Shown piece by piece: positions 18,856-29,594 of a stretch of 64,000 bases of DNA. The position numbers and the translations under genes are program-made. The stretch comes from Thermococcus sp. JdFR-02 (GTDB lineage Archaea > Methanobacteriota_B > Thermococci > Thermococcales > Thermococcaceae): the NCBI GenBank assembly GCA_002009975.1, contig MTLP01000007.1, positions 1-64,000 of the forward strand, written 5' to 3'. Each line of letters opens with the position of its first letter. The first letter of the stretch is position 1. Below the pieces are notes generated by a model. The model did not search any database and was not told the origin of the DNA. It saw nothing but the letters and a program-made list of their open reading frames with translations.

Positions 18856-19908
18856 TTAAGTTGTAGAACTCTCTTCATCGTTGTAAAGCTCTTCTCTTAC
18901 TGTTATCTCGTCTTCAAATCCTATTGAACCTTCCAAAGTCTGAATTCTAAACATGTATGATTTGTACCAATTGTATGTTGGTTTGCTTTTTATAGGTGTC
19001 AGTTGCCAAGCTTTTGTTTCTTCCTCATAACCCCAGTTTACATATTCGTTGAAGTTCCGTATTATGTCGGTTATAACTACATTGAACTCATTGAGGAGGA
19101 TTTTTTGGATCTCTCTCCACTTATTTAATGAACTCTCTCTTCTCGTTATTCCAAAGTATCCAGCGCATCCGGGACCTTTTAGGGTTGCAATACCCCGACC
19201 AATAAAAGCTCTAATAGCGTGAACCGTTTCTGGAGGATCTGTTATGAAGGTGTCAAACTTTCTTAGAGCATATTCGGGGAGAGGTTTTCTTAGATCAAAT
19301 GTAAATATATCAATGTTATTAAAGCCAATTTCATCTGCAGTTTTTTCGATGAAGCTTATCAAACGCTCATCTATATCTAAAACAGCTATCCTCTTTGGCA
19401 AACCAGAAAGCATTAATGCGATGCTGGTTAAATCATCATCACCAAGCACAAATATTTCCTTATTTTCCAAGTCCCCTCTTGTATGCATTAGGGCTATTCT
19501 CGCTATCGTTGTTTCAGGAGTAACGTATGCTTGATCAAATTCATGTTTTGGTTGTGGTCTGTCCTTTACAAGCTCTTTAAACTGCTTTAATAATTCGTTT
19601 AGAATATTAACATCAACCGTCTTCCCTTCACAGTACTTGCAGCTTAAATCTTCCCTTTTTGCAATCCCATACTTTTCCACCAGCTCTTGTCCTTTTAGTG
19701 TTAAAATAACCTCTCTATTGAAATCTAAGTAGCCTAAGTCATGAAGAGTGTTTAAAACTGCTGTAACAAGTGGCAAAGGTTCTTCACTTAAGTCAACTAT
19801 CCTCCAGAAGTCCTTACTTGCTAAAACCGCTCCTAAAACATTTTCGATAGTTCTCTCATAAACAGGGATTTTTGTTTTCTCCCTAACTTTTGCTACAATT
19901 TCTCTCAC
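18856..19908 (-). CDS. bpsA: N4-bis(aminopropyl)spermidine synthase (branched-chain polyamine synthase)
   Basis: FDQAYVTPET, LGDDDLTS, FITDPPET, NWGY motifs. Confidence 0.93.
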   Translation of the reverse strand: MREIVAKVREKTKIPVYERTIENVLGAVLASKDFWRIVDLSEEPLPLVTAVLNTLHDLGYLDFNREVILTLKGQELVEKYGIAKREDLSCKYCEGKTVDVNILNELLKQFKELVKDRPQPKHEFDQAYVTPETTIARIALMHTRGDLENKEIFVLGDDDLTSIALMLSGLPKRIAVLDIDERLISFIEKTADEIGFNNIDIFTFDLRKPLPEYALRKFDTFITDPPETVHAIRAFIGRGIATLKGPGCAGYFGITRRESSLNKWREIQKILLNEFNVVITDIIRNFNEYVNWGYEEETKAWQLTPIKSKPTYNWYKSYMFRIQTLEGSIGFEDEITVREELYNDEESSTT

Positions 19909-20055
19909 GTTAATCCCCCCAAAAGTTTGTTTTTAATATGAGATGGGCAAAACAGCCCGACTAAGCTTCACTTTGAGGTTTTTAAATTTAAGCTTTTTCC
20001 TCTTTAAACCCAAAAATTCAAAAGTTGTGACTCATTTTTGTAAGATGGTGATGCA

Positions 20056-20802
20056 ATGCTTAAGGTAATTGATAAAGATTTCATAAAGAGATACAGGGTT
20101 GAAAAGTCCTTGTTAGCCTTGGAGAGAGTTAAGAATTATCTTAGTAAGGAAGCCTATGAAAAATTAAAGGCTTTAGCTCATTTTAGACTCTATGGTGAGG
20201 AGTTTGAAAAAAGCGAGATAGATGAAGAAATAGTCGTCGCTTTTTCTGGAGGAAGTGACAGCACGGCAACTTTCTTAATTTTGAAGTGGGCTGGATTTAA
20301 AGCTCTACCCGTAACAGCTTTATTACCTCAAATCCCAAAAGAGAAAATTAGAAAAATTGAGGAATATGAGGGGGTTTTTGTTGAGATAGAGAATTATGAA
20401 GAAGCCATGAGGAAGTTGATAAACAAGGGTACTCACCCATGTGGGAGATGTCATGGAATGGTAATGGAGAGCATTGAGAAATTTGCAAAGGAGAGGAAGA
20501 TTAAGATAGTCGCCTATGGAGATATGTTAAGCACTGGCACTCCGTCAATTTATAAAAGAAGAGATGTGATAATATTGAACTTTCCAGCTTTTCTTGCCTT
20601 AGATAAAAGGGAGCTGATCGAAATAATTGGGGGAAGATATGATTTAAAGTTTGGATGTCCTTTATTAAAGGAAGCGTTTGAAATAAAGCCTTCTCTAAAG
20701 TTATTTTCAATCCAGAGGGTATTAAGAGAGCTTCGGGCTAATGTGATAGATGAGGAGATAGCAAAAGCATTGATACTTGATATAATGCATATTACCCATT
20801 AG
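20056..20802 (+). CDS. PP-loop (adenine nucleotide alpha-hydrolase) ATPase
   Basis: VVAFSGGSDS, PCGRCH, FGCPL motifs. Confidence 0.8.
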   Translation: MLKVIDKDFIKRYRVEKSLLALERVKNYLSKEAYEKLKALAHFRLYGEEFEKSEIDEEIVVAFSGGSDSTATFLILKWAGFKALPVTALLPQIPKEKIRKIEEYEGVFVEIENYEEAMRKLINKGTHPCGRCHGMVMESIEKFAKERKIKIVAYGDMLSTGTPSIYKRRDVIILNFPAFLALDKRELIEIIGGRYDLKFGCPLLKEAFEIKPSLKLFSIQRVLRELRANVIDEEIAKALILDIMHITH

Positions 20803-20855
20803 TGCTCCATAAGGTTTAAATTTGCTTAATCCTAAGGCTTCTTTGGGTGAATTTA

Positions 20856-21203
20856 ATGGAAGAAGAAAAAGAAATTGGAGAAGTTAAAACTCAAGAGCAG
20901 CCTCTAACTGAGGAGCTGATCTTGGAGAAACTAAAAGAAGTTGTTGATCCCGAGATTGGTATAGATGTTGTTAATCTTGGCTTGATCTATGAGTTGAAGA
21001 TAAGACCAGACAACACGGTTTATGTTAAGATGACGATGACTACTCCCGGGTGTCCATTAACAATGTGGCTTTTGAAAGCAGTTGAGGATAAAGTTCTTCA
21101 AATACCCGGGGTTAAGGATGCCGAAATAGAGCTAACCTTTGATCCTCCTTGGACACCGGATAGAATTAGTGAAGAGTACAAGAAAAAGTTGGGCTTGATG
21201 TAA
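20856..21203 (+). CDS. DUF59/SufT metal-sulfur cluster assembly factor
   Basis: VVDPEIG.DVVNLGLIY, TTPGCP, FDPPWT motifs. Confidence 0.92.
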   Translation: MEEEKEIGEVKTQEQPLTEELILEKLKEVVDPEIGIDVVNLGLIYELKIRPDNTVYVKMTMTTPGCPLTMWLLKAVEDKVLQIPGVKDAEIELTFDPPWTPDRISEEYKKKLGLM

Positions 21204-21294
21204 TCTAACTTATTTTCTCTTATTTTTCTCTGCTTTGTGTTAAGCTATTTTAATTTTTTTAGGATAACCAAATTTCACGAAAGGTTTATAATAA

Positions 21295-21528
<234 letters not shown>

Positions 21529-21602
21529 TCTAGCTCTAATATTCTTTGTCATTTTTCTTGTTTTAAATTCTAAACAAACCTTTTTTGTAAACTTATGGTT
21601 AA

Positions 21603-21842
<240 letters not shown>

Positions 21843-21887
21843 TTCTTTTTACTTCTTCCCTTCTTTAAATATAAAAAGAAGAAAGCA

Positions 21888-23060
21888 TCATTCTAAGTTT
21901 AAGTTAAGCTTTTCAGCCTGCTCTAAGACGTATTTCCTAATCTCTTTTGCACTTGGCAATTTAGCAACGATTTTTCCATCTTTTATCAGAGGCTTTAATA
22001 GGGGTTCGACTTTACCTTTACAAACTGGACATTCATCGAGCTCTTCACTTGTTAGGGTTTTAATGTAATGTCCATTTTCACATCTCCAGACTTGCTTTCT
22101 TCCACTTAGCTTTCCTCTCTTCGTTATTGGCTTTCCTTCAACTTCAACTATATCTAAGGAGAAATCTATCGGTTTTGCACTTGCTATTGAACCACCAACA
22201 CCAAAGGCATCCGCTACATCGACTAACTCTCTAATGCTCTCTTCATCTAAGCCTCCACTCAGGAAGATTTTAACATGCTTGTATCCTCTAATATCAAGTT
22301 CCCAGCGAACTTCTTCAATTATGCGCTTAAAGTTTCCTCTTCTTGAGCTTGGGGTGTCCAATCTTACTGCATTTAACCGTTCTCCCAATGCTTCAGCAGC
22401 CATTAAAGCTTCAAACTTTTCATCACAAAGCGTATCTACCAAAGCAACCCTCGGAACTTCCTTTTCTACAACCTCATCAAAGTATTCCCATGCCTTAACT
22501 TGGTCTCCAACTACTAAGATTAATGCGTGAGGCATTGTGCCAACTGGCTTTTCTCCTATAAGTTCAGCACCTAAAACTCCACTAACACCGTCACATCCGC
22601 CAATAAATGCAGCTCTATCAATCATTGGTGCAATAGCTGGATGCATGTGTCTTATTCCAAAACTGTAGACAGGCTTAAAATTAGCGGCAATTTTTACCCT
22701 TAATGCAGCAGTTGCAATTCCACTTGCTTGGCTAAGCATTCCAAGTAAAGCGGTTTCATAAATTCCGAATTCTTTATAATAACCTTCAATTTGAAGAACT
22801 GGTTCATAGGGGTGAAAAATAGTTCCTTCGGGCATTGCATAAACGTTAACGGGTAATCCCTCTAAAAGCTTTGCAACTTCTTCAATTCCAGCTAAGACTC
22901 CCCATTTCCAACCTTTCGGTAAAGAAGTTGTTGAAACGTCAGCAAAAACTTTCTTGTGGATCCCTTTAGCCTTTAAAATTTTCTTTGTTCTAATGAAGTA
23001 AACGTCAGTAGTTTTTCCTGCTTTAATCTCATCCTCATGAGCTATGTGGAAATCTTTCAT
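21888..23060 (-). CDS. pncB: Nicotinate phosphoribosyltransferase
   Basis: TTDVYF, FGIRHMHP, GTMPHA, RLDTPSSRRG, SGGLDE motifs. Confidence 0.93.
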   Translation of the reverse strand: MKDFHIAHEDEIKAGKTTDVYFIRTKKILKAKGIHKKVFADVSTTSLPKGWKWGVLAGIEEVAKLLEGLPVNVYAMPEGTIFHPYEPVLQIEGYYKEFGIYETALLGMLSQASGIATAALRVKIAANFKPVYSFGIRHMHPAIAPMIDRAAFIGGCDGVSGVLGAELIGEKPVGTMPHALILVVGDQVKAWEYFDEVVEKEVPRVALVDTLCDEKFEALMAAEALGERLNAVRLDTPSSRRGNFKRIIEEVRWELDIRGYKHVKIFLSGGLDEESIRELVDVADAFGVGGSIASAKPIDFSLDIVEVEGKPITKRGKLSGRKQVWRCENGHYIKTLTSEELDECPVCKGKVEPLLKPLIKDGKIVAKLPSAKEIRKYVLEQAEKLNLNLE

Positions 23061-23214
23061 TTTTTCACCTCCAATGTTTAGTTTTTAGCAGAGTTAGAAT
23101 TTAGGGTTTTTGGTGGACAAAAATGGGAAGTTTAATATAGGCAAATGACTTTTAATGAAATTAATATCGAGAGGAGTCATATGTACTCTTCTTGATATGT
23201 TGGAGGGACCATAA

Positions 23215-26001
23215 ATGAAAAATAAATCATTTGTTTTGACTATTTTGGTCTTAATGTTATTTGGCACTTTTTTGACTTCAAGTATAAGTGCAGAAAAAAG
23301 TGGGAGTTATGGACTAATATATTCGACGTACTTTGGCTGGACAACGTCTTACGACAAACTTGTTAGTGTTGATGTAAGGAATGAGCAAGTCTACGTGGTG
23401 GGGAATTTTCCAATACGCGGGAAAGGAAATGAAGTTTACTACGCAAAGCTAACAAAGAGCGGGAGAGACGTGGAATTCCTAAACTTCTTTGGAGGTAGCA
23501 AAGATGACTCAGCATTTAAGATTAGGGTTGATAATGGAGGTAATATTTACCTCTTTGGAACCACTATGTCTGAGGATTTACCCGTAAAGAATGCTTATCA
23601 AAGAAAACTAGCGGGAGATGTTGATTTCTTCCTTGCAAAGCTTAGCCCAGAGGGGGATATAATATTCACAACTTACTTCGGAGGCAAGGGGAAAGAGGAA
23701 CCTTTAGACATGGAGATTGACGATGAAGGAAATGTTTACATAACAGGGATGACTTATTCAGATGATTTTCCGACCATAAACTCCCTCTTAAGCTTTTCAA
23801 AAATTAAGGAGTATTATCCTCTTGGATCACATCCATTTATGGCAAAATTTGACTCAAATGGACAGCTGATATTTTCAAGCTACTGGTATTTGCTCAACAT
23901 GCAAATAGCTCCAGCTAAAAGTGGATTCTATGTTGGAGGTTATACTGAGGATATAAATTATCCAACAATGGGAGCTTTTGATAGCTCTTGTGGAACAAAG
24001 AAGGGAAAATGTGATCCGTATTTTCATAATGGTGACATAGCAATCACGAAATTTGATGACAACCTAAACATCGTTTATTCAACATTTATTGGAGGAAGTT
24101 CACCAGAGATTTTAAAAGACATCTACGTTGGTGAAGACGGTTATGTCTATGCAGCTGGAACTGTTGTATGGAAAAATGCTGATTTTCCAGTAAAAAATCC
24201 AATAGATGTGAAAAAAGAAGGAGATGGGGCAGATTATGGTATAGTCTTTAAAATGACGCCCAACTTAAAGGTGCTTGTTTATTCAACCTACTTCCTAAGA
24301 GAATCCCAAGTGATCTCTATAAGAGCTGATAAAGAGGGCAATACATACATAACCGGAGTAACTGGCTATAAGAATGCTTCACATTTAATGACATCTGATG
24401 CTTTTCAGAAAGAGAAGAAGGGACCAACAGATACGTTTTTTGCAAAGTTGAGTCCAAATGGAGAGCTGTTATATGCTACGCTCTTTGGAGGAACAGGAGA
24501 TTCCTATCCAATTGGAACAGATACACCTAGTGAAATTGCTATTGAAAATGGGGAAGCTTATATCGTTGGATGGACAGTAACGTGGGATTTCCCAACAACA
24601 AGAGATGCATTTAAGCAGTTCAATAATGATCCATGGGGTTACTATTCAGAAGGATTTCTTGTGAAGTTTGGTTTCAACGATTACAATCCAAAGATTCCTA
24701 AAGTAACAATGAATAAAACAATCTCAATAGGAAAGAATGTTTTTGGAAGAGACATAAAGGAAGTTAGTGGTGGTTATATAATTTTGGGAGTCACCGATTC
24801 TCCCAGTAAATACACACCACTTCTTATAAAAACAGATCTAAGCGGGAATCCACTTTGGGTTAAGGAGTATGGGGAAGTTGCAGGAAACTCATGGGGCTTT
24901 TGGAGCTTGATTGTTGACGATGGCTATTTAATTTTTGGAACCACAAATGGAAAAGCTACGCTCATAAAAACAGATTGGGATGGAAATGTCGTGTGGAGCA
25001 AGAACTATGCGGAATACGGAGACTTTCAGAGGGGAAGAGACATGATAAAAACTCAAGATGGCTACATTTTAATGGGTGTTACTAATGGAACTCGGGGAGT
25101 TTACAATGATTTGTTCTTAGTAAAAGTTGATAAAAATGGCAATACTCTATGGAAAAGCTACATAGACGTTAAAAAGGTTGGAATAAGTCCTGACTTGATG
25201 CCCTACCAAATCAAGAGGACTAAGAATGGGTACATAATAGTTGGGGAGACTGTAAAGGATGGCTTAGCAACTGCATTCGTTATTAAAACCGACTTAAAAG
25301 GTGCTAAAGAGTGGGTTAGGTTCCTTGGAACAAACAGTGTGGGAGATAGAGCTTATAGCAGGGGCTTTTCAGTGGAGGTTGTAGATGACGGCTATTTAAT
25401 TGGAGGCTTGGTGGATGATACTTTCTTTGGCGGAGCGGACATGTATCTAGCAAAGCTTGACTTCAATGGAAACATCGTTTGGGAAAATGTTAAAGGAAAG
25501 ATAGATGGATTTGAAAGTGCATATAAACTTTTGAAATCAGGAGACAGCTTTGTAGTGCTTGATAGTAGTGGAGACACAGTTTATGAGGGAAGAAGAGGAT
25601 ATTTCTTCAATTTCAATAGTGATGGCATCAAAGAATACTCCATAAAGCTTGACATGCCTAAGGACGATTATGCAGAGGACATGGAAAGAGTTAGTGATGG
25701 ATACCTAATTTTATTCTCAAGCAACTCATTTAGCGAAAACTTTGATTTATGGTTAATTAAAATTGAGGCTCCCAAAATTATACCATCCACGCAAACCTCA
25801 ACAACTATGACAAGTACTACGTCCTCATCTCAAACACAAGAAAAGCAAGTTTCAACAGAGGAGATTACAGAAACAGCTAAAGAACTTGCTACAAGTGCAA
25901 CAGAGAGGGCAAAGGAAGTTGCAACAGGAATCTGTGGTCCAGGTGTAATTGTCGGTTTGGCTTTACTTCCACTACTGTTTAGGAGGAAAATTCGCAGATA
26001 A
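23215..26001 (+). CDS. Cell-surface protein with SBBP and beta-propeller repeats and CGP-CTERM anchor
   Basis: Signal peptide; repeated GNVYITG.T.S.DFPT / D.F.AKL / YST.FGG units; second repeat set LIKTD..GN..W; Thr/Ser linker; ICGPG + TM + RRK tail. Confidence 0.85.
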   Translation: MKNKSFVLTILVLMLFGTFLTSSISAEKSGSYGLIYSTYFGWTTSYDKLVSVDVRNEQVYVVGNFPIRGKGNEVYYAKLTKSGRDVEFLNFFGGSKDDSAFKIRVDNGGNIYLFGTTMSEDLPVKNAYQRKLAGDVDFFLAKLSPEGDIIFTTYFGGKGKEEPLDMEIDDEGNVYITGMTYSDDFPTINSLLSFSKIKEYYPLGSHPFMAKFDSNGQLIFSSYWYLLNMQIAPAKSGFYVGGYTEDINYPTMGAFDSSCGTKKGKCDPYFHNGDIAITKFDDNLNIVYSTFIGGSSPEILKDIYVGEDGYVYAAGTVVWKNADFPVKNPIDVKKEGDGADYGIVFKMTPNLKVLVYSTYFLRESQVISIRADKEGNTYITGVTGYKNASHLMTSDAFQKEKKGPTDTFFAKLSPNGELLYATLFGGTGDSYPIGTDTPSEIAIENGEAYIVGWTVTWDFPTTRDAFKQFNNDPWGYYSEGFLVKFGFNDYNPKIPKVTMNKTISIGKNVFGRDIKEVSGGYIILGVTDSPSKYTPLLIKTDLSGNPLWVKEYGEVAGNSWGFWSLIVDDGYLIFGTTNGKATLIKTDWDGNVVWSKNYAEYGDFQRGRDMIKTQDGYILMGVTNGTRGVYNDLFLVKVDKNGNTLWKSYIDVKKVGISPDLMPYQIKRTKNGYIIVGETVKDGLATAFVIKTDLKGAKEWVRFLGTNSVGDRAYSRGFSVEVVDDGYLIGGLVDDTFFGGADMYLAKLDFNGNIVWENVKGKIDGFESAYKLLKSGDSFVVLDSSGDTVYEGRRGYFFNFNSDGIKEYSIKLDMPKDDYAEDMERVSDGYLILFSSNSFSENFDLWLIKIEAPKIIPSTQTSTTMTSTTSSSQTQEKQVSTEEITETAKELATSATERAKEVATGICGPGVIVGLALLPLLFRRKIRR

Positions 26002-26062
26002 GAGAGCTAACTCACTTTTTGCCTATTTTTATCATTTTTTATTTTGTGCAATGACAGATAAT

Positions 26063-26104
26063 TTTAAATACTATCTCAATCAAATTACAAACCGACCAGT
26101 CGGT
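26063..26104 (+). promoter_or_regulatory. TATA box and palindromic TetR-type operator
   Basis: TTTAAATA at 26063-26070; ACCGAC-CA-GTCGGT at 26091-26104 immediately before the RBS of the RND gene. Confidence 0.7.
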
Positions 26105-26115
26105 AGGTGATAAAA

Positions 26116-28536
26116 ATGAACCTTATAGAAAAAATCGCAAGATTCACGTCCAATCACCCCAAAAAGGCTATAGCTTTGACTTTGATTTTGACGCTTATAT
26201 TTTTGATCCTTTCATCAACTTTAGAGATAGAAACAAGCTTGGAAAGCCTCTTTCCAAACTATCCCGAAGTGAAAATTATGGAAGGGATTCAAAAGGACTT
26301 CGGCAATGAAGAGTCAGTTATTATTCTTCTCCAGGGGAATGATGTTTTAATGCCAGAATCATTTAAACAAGTAGCAGAGATAGAGGAAAAGCTCTGGAAA
26401 GATGAACTCGTTTATAATACGCTTATAGACCCTAAAGATCAAAGCATAATTTCGCTACCTTCACTCTTAGCGAACTATCGGCTTGCAATGAAGGGAAATT
26501 TTAATCCAACTTGGAGGCAAATAATTGAGGAAGTGCGCTCATTCTCTTCAGAAAAAGAGATTAGAGCGACTTTAAAAGCTTTTTTAGACGATTCAAACGT
26601 TCCTCAAATCATGAAGGATTATGCTTTAGCTTTTCTTCCAAAGGGGTTTAATGAAAAGGACATGGAAGCAAATAAAATGGTGATTTATGTTTCTTTGAAT
26701 GGCTCCACCTCAGATGAGGAGCTTCAAAAAGTGGAACTTAGAATAGAAGACATCGCTCACTCTGCTAAAGGTCCAAATAAGGCTTTAGTTTACGGTTTCA
26801 AGCTTATAGATTACTACTACATGAAGACTGAGGAAAGATTAGCTCCCGCTTTTTTGATGGCACTCGTTCTCATATTAGTGGTTATGATAATAAATTTCAG
26901 ACGAGTGAGCGACATCCTTATAGCACTCATCACGCTCTTTTTGGGAATAATTTGGACAATGGGTTTTGCTGGTCTCATGAGGTGGAAAATTGACTTTATG
27001 GCTGGAATGGTGCCTATCTTAATTCTGGGTCTGGGTATAGATTTTTCGCTCCACGTTCTCATGGGCTATAGGGAGAGATTGATTCAAGTGAAAGATCCTA
27101 AAAAAGCCACATATTTAGTTTTAGCGACCTCAGGAATTGCATTTTTATTAGCCGCTATCACGACGGTAGTTGGTTTCTCATCTAACGGTATTTCCGATGT
27201 CCCAAGCATGAGGCACTTCGGGTTTTTAGCGGCATTTGGAATATTCTCAATTTTTCTCTTGAATATGACGTTTGTTCCAGCCCTCAGAGAAATTTTGGAT
27301 TTAAGAAAGAGCGAAAAAATCCCAAAAGTTTCAGATGGGAAAAAAGTAAGGAGAAATGGTATCGTTAAAAAGTTAATTTGGCTTGTTAAGCATCCCAAGG
27401 TGTCTGTGTTGCTGTTGTTATTTATATTTGCCATTGCCATACCAGGTTTTATGGCTGGATCTAAAATGAAAGCTTCTTATGATCCAACAGGTGAATTAGC
27501 TTCAGATTTTGAAATTACTCAAGCTTACAATACCCTAAACGAAGAATTTGAAGTTGGAACAGAGACGGTCTTCATAAGGGTTGATGGTGACTTAACAGAC
27601 CCTGAACTTTGGCGTAATATAGCGAGCGTTGTTGAAAACATAAGCAATGATAGTTACGTTGTAAAGCAAGGAAGCAAAGCAAGAGCTGAGTGGCTTTTAA
27701 CTGTTATTCCAATGCTTTTAATGGAAAATCCTAAGCTCGCTCAAGCTTATCTTTTAGTGGATAAAGATATGAATGGACAAATTGATAAGGATGTAACCCC
27801 AGAAAAACTTAGAGCTTTCTTAAATGCGCTATACGAGGAGAGAATAACTAGATACTTTATACATAGAGATGCGAATGGAAACTTTGATTCACTTTTAATC
27901 AGGGTAGCTACGAGGACTAAATTCGGTTATCATGGGAAAGTGCTTTTAGAAGAATTAAGGGAGGACTTTAAGGGGATTGATGCTGAGATAAGTATCACAG
28001 GGACACCTATAGTGTGGGCTAAGGGATTGGATGACATAAGGGATTCGATGGTTTACTCTATACTCCTCTGTTTAGCGTTTGCATTTCTAGTGCTTCCTGT
28101 GGCATTTTATTTTGCACATCGCTCAGTGCTTCTTGGTATATTAACAGCTATTCCGCCATTAGTGACAATTGGCTGGTTATTTATGACTATGAAGCTTTTG
28201 AATCTGCCTTTAAACCTCATGACTGCCACAGTTGGGGCTATAATAGTTGGAATAGGTATAGATTACCCCATTCACATAGCTAATCGCTGGGCTTTGGAAA
28301 GGAAAAAGGGCAAAAGCTTAGAGGAGTGCTACGCTATATCTTTAGCAAGCACGGGTAGAGAAGTATTCTTCTCCGCAATAACGACACTAATAGCTTTTGG
28401 AATATTTATAACAATTCCTATTCCAGTTATTACTCAATTTGCTACAACCATACTCTTTGGCTTAATATACAGTTTCATTGGAGCTGTAACTACCTTGCCT
28501 TTGCTCTTGAGAATCCTTTGGCACAGGGGTGATTGA
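26116..28536 (+). CDS. RND superfamily (MMPL/HAE3) transporter
   Basis: Internal duplication with GLGIDF.LH and GIGIDY.IH TM4/TM10 motifs and two large extracytoplasmic loops. Confidence 0.9.
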   Translation: MNLIEKIARFTSNHPKKAIALTLILTLIFLILSSTLEIETSLESLFPNYPEVKIMEGIQKDFGNEESVIILLQGNDVLMPESFKQVAEIEEKLWKDELVYNTLIDPKDQSIISLPSLLANYRLAMKGNFNPTWRQIIEEVRSFSSEKEIRATLKAFLDDSNVPQIMKDYALAFLPKGFNEKDMEANKMVIYVSLNGSTSDEELQKVELRIEDIAHSAKGPNKALVYGFKLIDYYYMKTEERLAPAFLMALVLILVVMIINFRRVSDILIALITLFLGIIWTMGFAGLMRWKIDFMAGMVPILILGLGIDFSLHVLMGYRERLIQVKDPKKATYLVLATSGIAFLLAAITTVVGFSSNGISDVPSMRHFGFLAAFGIFSIFLLNMTFVPALREILDLRKSEKIPKVSDGKKVRRNGIVKKLIWLVKHPKVSVLLLLFIFAIAIPGFMAGSKMKASYDPTGELASDFEITQAYNTLNEEFEVGTETVFIRVDGDLTDPELWRNIASVVENISNDSYVVKQGSKARAEWLLTVIPMLLMENPKLAQAYLLVDKDMNGQIDKDVTPEKLRAFLNALYEERITRYFIHRDANGNFDSLLIRVATRTKFGYHGKVLLEELREDFKGIDAEISITGTPIVWAKGLDDIRDSMVYSILLCLAFAFLVLPVAFYFAHRSVLLGILTAIPPLVTIGWLFMTMKLLNLPLNLMTATVGAIIVGIGIDYPIHIANRWALERKKGKSLEECYAISLASTGREVFFSAITTLIAFGIFITIPIPVITQFATTILFGLIYSFIGAVTTLPLLLRILWHRGD

Positions 28537-29031
28537 ATGTCAAATTGCATATGCATAATTTATGACACAAAAAGGGGCTCTACAAGACAGATTGTAGAAT
28601 GGATGGGAGAGGCGGTTAAAGATAGAGAGGTAAAAATTATGCAGGTTAACGAAGTTAAAAATCTAGATAAATGTAATTTGGTCGTAATTGGAAGTCCAAT
28701 TTACTATGAGCGCCCTTTAAAAAGCGTTCTCAGATTTTTAGAGCTGAATGAAGAGGAGCTTAGAAATAAAAAGATTGCAGTATTCATAGTTTGTATTGCT
28801 GAAATATTTGGAAACATCGGAAGGGAGTATGCTCAAAAACGCTATGTTGGAGCATTGCTTAAAAGAATCTCTGGGGATGTTATCAAAACTGGCATCATTA
28901 AGGGATGGTTCAAAAATCCTGATTTTTCCCAAAAAGAAAACGCTCAAAAGTGGATTAGAGAGGTCATTAAACTTGCGGATTCAAAATTTTTAAATAAGTT
29001 TCCAAAAATATCAGGTGAGGAAGAGCCATGA
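28537..29031 (+). CDS. Flavodoxin domain protein (HemG-like)
   Basis: IIYDTKRGST, VVIGSPIY, AVFIVC motifs. Confidence 0.85.
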   Translation: MSNCICIIYDTKRGSTRQIVEWMGEAVKDREVKIMQVNEVKNLDKCNLVVIGSPIYYERPLKSVLRFLELNEEELRNKKIAVFIVCIAEIFGNIGREYAQKRYVGALLKRISGDVIKTGIIKGWFKNPDFSQKENAQKWIREVIKLADSKFLNKFPKISGEEEP

Positions 29032-29594
29032 AAAGGAGAAATGCCAAAGAGAGAATTTTAAAAGCTGCATTTGAGCTTTTTAGCGAAAAGCCATATGATG
29101 AGGTTACTGTAGATGAAGTTGCCAAGCAGGCTGGGGTTTCTAAAGGAGGACTTTTTCACTACTTCCCTTCAAAATATGAACTTGCTAAAGAATCTCTCTT
29201 TTATGGGCTTGAAAGATGGATGGGGGAGATATCTTCAAAAGTCCTTAGCATGAAGTCACCTGAGGAGAAGTTTAGAGCACTGATAGAGTACTCCGTTGAA
29301 TTCATCTTGAAGAATCCTAAATTTTCCCGCTTTTTCTTGGAGGTTTATGAGAAGAGTATTGAAAAAAAAGAGCTAGAGCAGTGGATTAGTTCCTCTTTAG
29401 AATATTTGCAGCTTTTTGAGGGAATATTTAGAGAGTTAGGAGTTTTAAATCCAAAGATTAGGGCTTTACTCTTCGGAGCACTTTTAGATGGTTTAGCCTT
29501 TGACTATCTATTAATGGGCGATGAAGGGAAGAAATACTTCGATATTGAAGATATTAAGAGGGAAATCTTTGAAATTTTCACTGGAAAGAGCTAA
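29028..29594 (+). CDS. TetR/AcrR family transcriptional regulator
   Basis: ILKAA.ELF...TVDEVAKQAGVSKGGLFHYFPSK. Confidence 0.95.
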   Translation: MKRRNAKERILKAAFELFSEKPYDEVTVDEVAKQAGVSKGGLFHYFPSKYELAKESLFYGLERWMGEISSKVLSMKSPEEKFRALIEYSVEFILKNPKFSRFFLEVYEKSIEKKELEQWISSSLEYLQLFEGIFRELGVLNPKIRALLFGALLDGLAFDYLLMGDEGKKYFDIEDIKREIFEIFTGKS

